NCBI RefSeq assembly: GCF_000379825.1 | Contig: NZ_KB903834.1 | Span: 199,976-231,975, forward strand | Direction: 5' to 3' | DNA from: Longispora albida DSM 44784 | GTDB taxonomy: Bacteria; Actinomycetota; Actinomycetes; Mycobacteriales; Micromonosporaceae | Length of the DNA: 32,000 nucleotides | Shown: positions 31,197-32,000 of the stretch, piece after piece | Position numbering within the stretch: the stretch's first letter is position 1 | How the letters are laid out: every line of letters begins with the position of its first letter | Notes under the pieces: generated by a model | Databases searched by the model: none | What the model was told of the DNA's origin: nothing | What the model saw: only the letters and a program-made list of their open reading frames with translations | Position numbers and translations under genes: made by a program

Positions 31197-32000
31197 ATGG
31201 GACTTTTCTCCTCCGCCACCGCGGCGGTCGAGGCGGCGCTGGCCGCTGGCGCCCGGTACGCGGACGCCAGGGTCATGCTCCGCCGTTACGAGTCGATGTC
31301 GGCCCGTAACGGCGAGATCGAGGACCTGACGCGTGACGAGGACGCCGGGATCGGTGTCCGCGCGCTGGTCGGCTCCTCGTGGGGTTTCCACGCGGTACCG
31401 GAACTCGGCGACGAGGAGGCCAGAGCAGCCGGGCGCGCCGCGACGGCGATCGCCAAGGCCAGCGCGCTGGTCGCCGGGCCAGCCCTGGAGCTGGTGCCTG
31501 CCGAGGCCCGCCAGGACACCTGGAACGGGCCGTGCCTGACCGACCCGTTCGCCGTGCCGCTCTCCGAGAAGGGTGACCTGCTCGTCGAGGCCACCAAGAT
31601 CATGAAGGAGAACGGGGCCGACCAGGCCGAGGCGCTCTACCAGATCTGGGAGCAGCACAGCTGGTTCGTCTCCAGTGCCGGGCACCGGATCGAGCAGAAG
31701 GTCACGAAGAGCGGGGGCGGGATCTCCGCGACGGCGGTCGGCGAGCACGAGACGCAGCGCAGGTCCTACCCGTGTTACCGGGGCCAGTACGGCACGGCCG
31801 GCTGGGAGCTGGTCGACGCGCTGGACCTCAGGGCGCACGCCGCCCGGGTGGCCAGCGAGGCCCGCGAGCTGCTGACCGCGCCGGAGTGCCCGTCGACCAC
31901 GACCGACCTGATCCTCGGCGGCGAGCAGATGGCGCTCCAGATCCACGAGTCGGTGGGCCACGCGATCGAGCTGGACCGGATCCTCGGCTGGGAGGCAGCC
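31197..32000 (+). CDS. tldD: TldD-type metalloprotease (TldD/PmbA family), 3' end outside window
   Basis: It is not in the ORF track because it is open at the window end. My own translation from ATG 31197 (GGAGG 7 nt upstream) gives MGLFSSATAAVEAALAAGARYADARV...GIGVRALVGSSWGF...LQIHESVGHAIELDRILGWEAA. This contains the TldD HExxxH motif. Confidence 0.8.
   Translation, partial: MGLFSSATAAVEAALAAGARYADARVMLRRYESMSARNGEIEDLTRDEDAGIGVRALVGSSWGFHAVPELGDEEARAAGRAATAIAKASALVAGPALELVPAEARQDTWNGPCLTDPFAVPLSEKGDLLVEATKIMKENGADQAEALYQIWEQHSWFVSSAGHRIEQKVTKSGGGISATAVGEHETQRRSYPCYRGQYGTAGWELVDALDLRAHAARVASEARELLTAPECPSTTTDLILGGEQMALQIHESVGHAIELDRILGWEAA

Overview
Very GC-rich Actinomycetota-type chromosomal window, densely coding on both strands, with about 33 protein genes. 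I saw no rRNA, tRNA, CRISPR array, integrase or transposase. Most of it is conserved housekeeping: a partial enoyl-CoA hydratase, a DUF1800/DUF1501 pair, an orphan Tat solute-binding protein, an acyl-CoA oxidase-like gene, an EF-hand Ca-binding protein, tag, a DivIVA-domain protein and two tandem LOG genes. It also holds the lysine/DAP genes dapE, dapD and dapC with fdxA, a GNAT, a GH25 muramidase, mshB, an S9-peptidase homologue, a five-gene BldK-order oligopeptide ABC operon and a partial TldD. The one clearly accessory stretch is 11640-16934, wedged between dapD and the fdxA-dapC-AIM24 unit. It holds a 168-bp MITE-like palindromic element, a 973-aa SARP/NB-ARC/TPR (STAND) regulator with an early TTA codon, and a translationally coupled pair with atypical codon usage. 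That pair is a non-transporter ABC-type ATPase plus a 213-aa TOPRIM-like (DUF4276-type) protein. It resembles the split PARIS/AbiL/OLD architecture and is my best candidate for an undescribed conflict or defence system. Other points worth a second look: a 100-nt nested hairpin at 21407-21506 shares a CTGACAAGC...GCGCAG core with the MITE-like element. Six GATC sites cluster in 39 bp. Two 18-19 bp divergent intergenic regions each have one TANNNTA core that could serve as a -10 box for leaderless genes in both directions. dapC probably starts at CTG in a CTGA overlap with fdxA. The S9 peptidase homologue lacks its catalytic Ser and ends before the expected His. A 22-bp tandem repeat lies upstream of tldD. 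All family assignments come from motifs read by eye and from memory. No database search was run.
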